NCBI GenBank assembly: GCA_001643675.2 | Contig: LSRY02000004.1 | Coordinates: 2,239,459-2,303,458 of the forward strand | DNA from: Monocercomonoides exilis PA203 | Lineage: Eukaryota > Protista > Preaxostyla | Length of the DNA: 64,000 nucleotides | Reading direction: 5' to 3' | In this document: positions 59,150-64,000 of the stretch, piece after piece | Numbering within the stretch: the stretch's first letter is position 1 | How the letters are laid out: the number at the start of each line of letters is the position of its first letter | Position numbers and translations under genes: made by a program | Notes under the pieces: model-generated | What the model was told of the DNA's origin: nothing | The model's input: the letters and a program-made list of their open reading frames with translations, nothing else | The model's database searches: none

Positions 59150-60655
59150 TTAGATATTCACAAAATAATCGGAAATATTCAATAACAATACACAAAAATA
59201 TTTTTCTTTGAAAAAAAATACAGTTTCATTGAAAGTTGTGATGATATCTTCGTATCCTTCTTCTTCCATCTTTTCAAAAACCTTCCTTTTCGTTGACTTT
59301 CTTTCCTCTTCTTCCTTATCATCTTCCTTCTTTTCTTTCAATCGTCTTGAAACATTCGTAAAGAATTGCAAGCAATGAAACATCAAATTGAAATTTAATG
59401 TTGACTGCTGTATCTCCTCCAAATGGTGTCCAATAGTTCCGCTTTTCAAAAAGTTATAAGTTTTCACATCTTAATTTTTTGCTGCTGCTTGAAATACATA
59501 TACACATTCTCTGCGAATCCCTCTGCGATCATCCCCTTTTGCTGCTCGATGAACCTGGACAATGTTTTTGATCGGCACCACATTTTCTTCATTCTTCAAT
59601 CAGCAACTGGGAAAATAAATCACGACTGTAGCAACCCATCTCTTCAATGAAAGCTCTTCGTTCGTTTCTCTTCCTCTTCTTCTTTTTCCATTTTCTTCTT
59701 CTTTTCTATTCCAATCGATGCATTTCATCAGCTCTTCCAATTCCCTTCTCACCTCTCTCGCTAAATGCAGCTCATTCACAATAACTTCTTCCAAGCTGTT
59801 GAAAAACCAAAATCGGTTAATCAAAATCTTCCAAGCAGACTGATAGTCCAGATGAGTAAGATTTCTGTGTTTCTGCTGATGTTCGATGATTTCTAACATT
59901 TCCTTCAAATATTGTTCTTGTTTCAGATTCTATCAAAAATAAAGGGGAAAAAAGCAAACATAATAAAAATGAAATAACAATGTTCATACAAAAACTCCTA
60001 TTTCGCACAAAGCCAGCAAGGCAATTTCCACTTCTTTTTGTGTCTCCTCGTTTTCCTCTCTGCTCAATGAAGCTTTCAGAAGGTACGGAACACAGGTTGA
60101 AATCAATTTCAAAGGTGGAACTCCGCTGTGAAACATAAGATAACATTCGCAGAAGTCAATAAGAAGATGATTGTTATCTTTTTCCTTTTTTTCTTCTTCA
60201 ATAATCATCTTATGCAATCTTTTGCCCAGAGAAGATCTTTTTAAAAATAGATTCCATACATTTTTCAGCTTGATGCAACATCCAATGCGCTTCAGCAAAT
60301 AAAAAGCATTTTCCATTTACATTTTCATTTATTCAATCATTTTTTCTATTTTGTTGAATGTTTCTTCGTTGAAAATTGATTTGAATTCTTCTTTATTCAT
60401 TCCATTAACTATTTCATTCATTTCTTCAATTTTCTGCTTCTGTTCTGCTTCAGAGAATTGTTCCAACTGTGAAAGTTTCACTAAAAAAGTGAAAAAATCT
60501 AAAAAGAAAAAAGAAGCATTTATTATTCAAACCAACTATTTCTAATAACATTTCACAAACCCAGAAACGTTTGTGTTTTTGAAGGTGACTGTGAAATCGC
60601 AAAATGATTTCAACAGCGTAGAAATATCTTTTTTCGAATCACGAAAAATTGGCAT
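59150..60655 (-). pseudogene. Near full-length KMEEEGYED-family pseudogene with four in-frame stops
   Basis: Paralogous to 42435-43868 with the same intron position. In-frame stops: TAA 60329-60331, TAA 60317-60319, TGA 59600-59602, TAA 59471-59473. Confidence 0.85.
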
Positions 60656-60700
60656 ATAACTAAAATCAAATGGTTTTTGACAAAATCCTCACAAACAACG

Positions 60701-60783
60701 AATAAACCAATTTTTCAAACCTGAATAAAACAAGAAAAAGTTATGGGACAGATCAAAAGAAAAATGGAAAATTGTTAAAAACA
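60701..60783. repeat. Distal copy of the inverted repeat, abutting the telomere
   Basis: Reverse complement of 58115-58197. Similarity ends exactly where the telomeric sequence begins. Confidence 0.9.
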
Positions 60784-63700
60784 AACTAGGTTAGGGTTAG
60801 GGTTAGGGTTAGGGTTAGGGTTAGGGTTAGGGTTAGGGTTAGGGTTAGGGTTAGGTTAGGGTTAGGTTAGGGTTAGGGTTAGGGTTAGGGTTAGGGTTAG
60901 GGTTAGGGTTAGGTTAGGGTTAGGGTTAGGGTTAGGGTTAGGGTTAGGGTTAGGGTTAGGGTTAGGGTTAGGGTTAGGGTTAGGGTTAGGGTTAGGGTTA
61001 GGGTTAGGGTTAGGGTTAGGTTAGGTTAGGGTTAGGGTTAGGGTTAGGGTTAGGTTAGGGTTAGGGTTAGGGTTAGGGTTAGGGTTAGGGTTAGGGTTAG
61101 GGTTAGGGTTAGGGTTAGGGTTAGGGTTAGGGTTAGGGTTAGGGTTAGGGTTAGGGTTAGGGTTAGGGTTAGGGTTAGGGTTAGGGTTAGGGTTAGGGTT
61201 AGGGTTAGGGTTAGGTTAGGGTTAGGGTTCAAACTAGGTTAGGTTCAAACTAGGTTTAGGGTTAGGGTTAGGGTTAGGGTTAGGGTTAGGGTTAGGGTTA
61301 GGGTTAGGGTTAGGGTTAGGGTTAGGGTTAGGGTTAGGGTTAGGGGTTAGGGTTAGGGTTAGGGTTAGGGTTAGGGTTAGGGTTAGGGTTAGGGTTAGGG
61401 TTAGGGTTAGGGTTAGGGTTAGGGTTAGGGTTAGGGTTAGGGTTAGGGTTAGGGTTAGGGTTAGGGTTAGGGTTAGGGTTAGGGTTAGGGTTAGGGTTAG
61501 GGTTAGGGTTAGGGTTAGGGTTAGGGTTAGGGTTAGGGTTAGGGTTAGGGTTAGGGTTAGGGTTAGGGTTAGGGTTAGGGTTAGGGTTAGGGTTAGGGTT
61601 AGGGTTAGGGTTAGGGTTAGGGTTAGGTTAGGGTTAGGGTTAGGGTTAGGGTTAGGGTTAGGGTTAGGGTTAGGGTTAGGGTTAGGGTTAGGGTTAGGGT
61701 TAGGGTTAGGGTTAGGGTTAGGGTTAGGGTTAGGGTTAGGGTTAGGGTTAGGGTTAGGGTTAGGGTTAGGGTTAGGGTTAGGGTTAGGGTTAGGGTTAGG
61801 GTTAGGGTTAGGGTTAGGGTTAGGGTTAGGGTTAGGGTTAGGGTTAGGGTTAGGGTTAGGGTTAGGGTTAGGGTTAGGGTTAGGGTTAGGGTTAGGGTTA
61901 GGGTTAGGGTTCAAACTAGGTTAGGGGTTAGGGTTAGGGTTAGGGTTAGGGTTAGGGTTAGGGTTAGGGTTAGGGTTAGGGTTAGGGTTAGGTTAGGGTT
62001 AGGGTTAGGGTTAGGGTTAGGGTTAGGGTTAGGGTTAGGTTAGGGTTAGGGTTAGGGTTAGGGTTAGGGTTAGGGTTAGGGTTAGGGTTAGGGTTAGGGT
62101 TAGGGTTAGGGTTAGGGTTAGGGTTAGGGTTAGGGTTAGGGTTAGGGTTAGGGTTAGGGTTAGGGTTAGGGTTAGGGTTAGGGTTAGGGGTTAGGGTTAG
62201 GGTTAGGGTTCAGACTAGGTTAGGGTTAGGGTTAGGGTTAGGGTTAGGGTTAGGGTTAGGGTTAGGGTTAGGGTTAGGGTTAGGGTTAGGGTTAGGGTTA
62301 GGGTTAGGGTTAGGGTTAGGGTTAGGGTTAGGGTTAGGGTTAGGGTTAGGGTTAGGGTTAGGGTTAGGGTTAGGGTTAGGGTTAGGGTTAGGGTTAGGGT
62401 TAGGGTTAGGGTTAGGGTTAGGGTTAGGGTTAGGGTTAGGGTTAGGGTTAGGGTTAGGGTTAGGGTTAGGGTTAGGGTTAGGGTTAGGGTTAGGTTAGGG
62501 TTAGGGTTAGGGTTAGGGTTAGGGTTAGGTTAGGGTTAGGGTTAGGGTTAGGGTTAGGGTTAGGGTTAGGGTTAGGGTTAGGGTTAGGGGTTAGGGTTAG
62601 GGTTAGGGTTAGGGTTAGGGTTAGGGTTAGGGTTAGGGTTAGGGTTAGGGTTAGGGTTAGGGTTAGGGTTAGGGTTAGGGTTAGGGTTAGGGTTAGGGTT
62701 AGGGTTAGGGTTAGGGTTAGGGTTAGGGTTAGGGTTAGGGTTAGGGTTAGGGTTAGGGTTAGGGTTAGGGTTAGGGTTAGGGTTAGGGTTAGGGTTAGGG
62801 TTAGGGTTAGGGTTAGGGTTGGGGTTAGGGGTTAGGGTTAGGGTTAGGGTTAGGGTTAGGGTTAGGGTTAGGGTTAGGGTTAGGGTTAGGGTTAGGGTTA
62901 GGGTTAGGGTTAGGGTTAGGGTTAGGGTTAGGGTTAGGGTTAGGGTTAGGGTTAGGGTTAGGGTTAGGGTTAGGGTTAGGGTTAGGGTTAGGGTTAGGGT
63001 TAGGGTTAGGGTTAGGGTTAGGGTTAGGGTTAGGGTTAGGGTTAGGGTTAGGGTTAGGGTTAGGGTTAGGGTTAGGGTTAGGGTTAGGGTTAGGTTAGGG
63101 TTAGGGTTAGGGTTAGGGTTAGGGTTAGGGTTAGGGTTAGGGTTAGGGTTAGGGTTAGGGTTAGGGTTAGGGTTAGGGTTAGGGTTAGGGTTAGGGTTAG
63201 GGTTAGGGTTAGGGTTGGGGTTGGGGTTAGGGTTAGGGTTAGGGTTAGGGTTAGGGTTAGGGTTAGGGTTAGGGTTAGGGTTAGGGTTAGGGTTAGGGTT
63301 AGGGTTTAGGGTTAGGTTAGGGTTAGGGTTAGGGTTAGGGTTAGGGTTAGGGTTGGGAGGTTAGGGTTAGGGTTAGGTTAGGGTTAGGGTTAGGGTTAGG
63401 GTTAGGGTTAGGGTTAGGGTTAGGTTAGGGTTAGGGTTAGGTTCAAGCTAGGTTAGGGTTAGGGGTTAGGGTTAGGGTTAGGTTAGGGTTAGGGTTAGGG
63501 TTGGGGTTAGGTTAGGGTTAGGGTTAGGGTTAGGGTTAGGGTTAGGGTTAGGGTTAGGGTAGGGTTGGGGTTGGTTAGGGTAGGTTGGGTTAGGGTTAGG
63601 GTTAGGGTTAGGGTTAGGGTTAGGGTTAGGGTTAGGGTTAGGGTTAGGGTTAGGTTAGGGTTGGGAGTTGGGGTTAGGGTTGGGGTTAGGGTTAGGGTTA

Positions 63701-64000
63701 GGGTTAGGGTTAGGGTTAGGGTTAGGGTTAGGGTTGGGGTTAGGTTAGGGTTAGGAGTTAGGGTTAGGGTTAGGGTTAGGGTTAGGGTTAGGGTTAGGTT
63801 AGGGTGGGGTTAGGGTTAGGGTTAGGGTTAGGGTTAGGGTTAGGGTTAGGGTTAGGGTTAGGGTTAGGGTTAGGGTTAGGGTTAGGGTTAGGGTTAGGTT
63901 AGGGTTAGGGGTTAGGGTTAGGGTTAGGGGGTTAGGGTTAGGGTTAGGGTTACACGGGTTAGGGTTAGTTAGGGTTAGGGTTAGGGTTAGGGTTGGTGGG
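60782..64000 (+). repeat. Telomere (TTAGGG)n, at least 3.2 kb, with TTAGG/TTAGGGG variants and CAAACTAGG units
   Basis: The G-rich strand runs 5'->3' to the window end, which is the orientation expected for a right chromosome end. Confidence 0.98.

Noticed and set aside
59150-60655. Stop-codon reassignment (TAA/TAG=Gln, as in the oxymonad Streblomastix) explaining the in-frame stops
   Set aside because: The stops include TGA and align to different residues in the paralogue. Bona fide genes here end in TAA or TGA, and two ~12-kb ORFs contain no internal stops. Pseudogenisation is simpler.
61050-63813. ORFs encoding (NP)n, (LT)n, (VR)n and (LG)n
   Set aside because: These are translations of the telomeric repeat.
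62800-64000. TTGGGG, TTAGGA and other distal telomere variants as real biology
   Set aside because: They increase toward the contig end and are single-base changes, consistent with low-coverage long-read error.

Overview
This is the right end of a chromosome from an intron-rich, AT-rich eukaryote using the standard genetic code. The gene families, giant Ser/Glu-rich ORFs, expanded 18S and TTAGGG telomere point to the oxymonad Monocercomonoides; that identification is my inference. Positions 1-27 kb hold housekeeping and hypothetical genes: PepD-type dipeptidase, a small 4-exon gene absent from the ORF track, La/SSB, a USP deubiquitinase, a giant LRR-PP2C, SDF2-like and others. Positions 28-40.6 kb hold a 4121-aa single-exon beta-helix/TM/pseudokinase receptor. 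Positions 41-47 kb are degenerate subtelomeric family DNA. Positions 47-58 kb are a doubly truncated rDNA segment (3' end of 28S, the whole IGS/ETS, 5' part of 18S) oriented toward the telomere. Its IGS contains structured GC-rich islands, a ~190-bp monomer array, and ~330-bp inverted arms carrying 35-bp palindromic sites with asymmetric cores, reminiscent of loxP/FRT. Positions 58-60.8 kb hold two convergent pseudogenes bracketed by an inverted repeat, onto which the telomere is directly joined. The TTAGGG tract (60.8-64 kb) carries a recurrent non-canonical unit, (TT)CAAACTAGG, which also forms the junction itself. The best candidates for an undescribed system are this telomere variant and junction, and the lox-like inverted cassette in the rDNA spacer.
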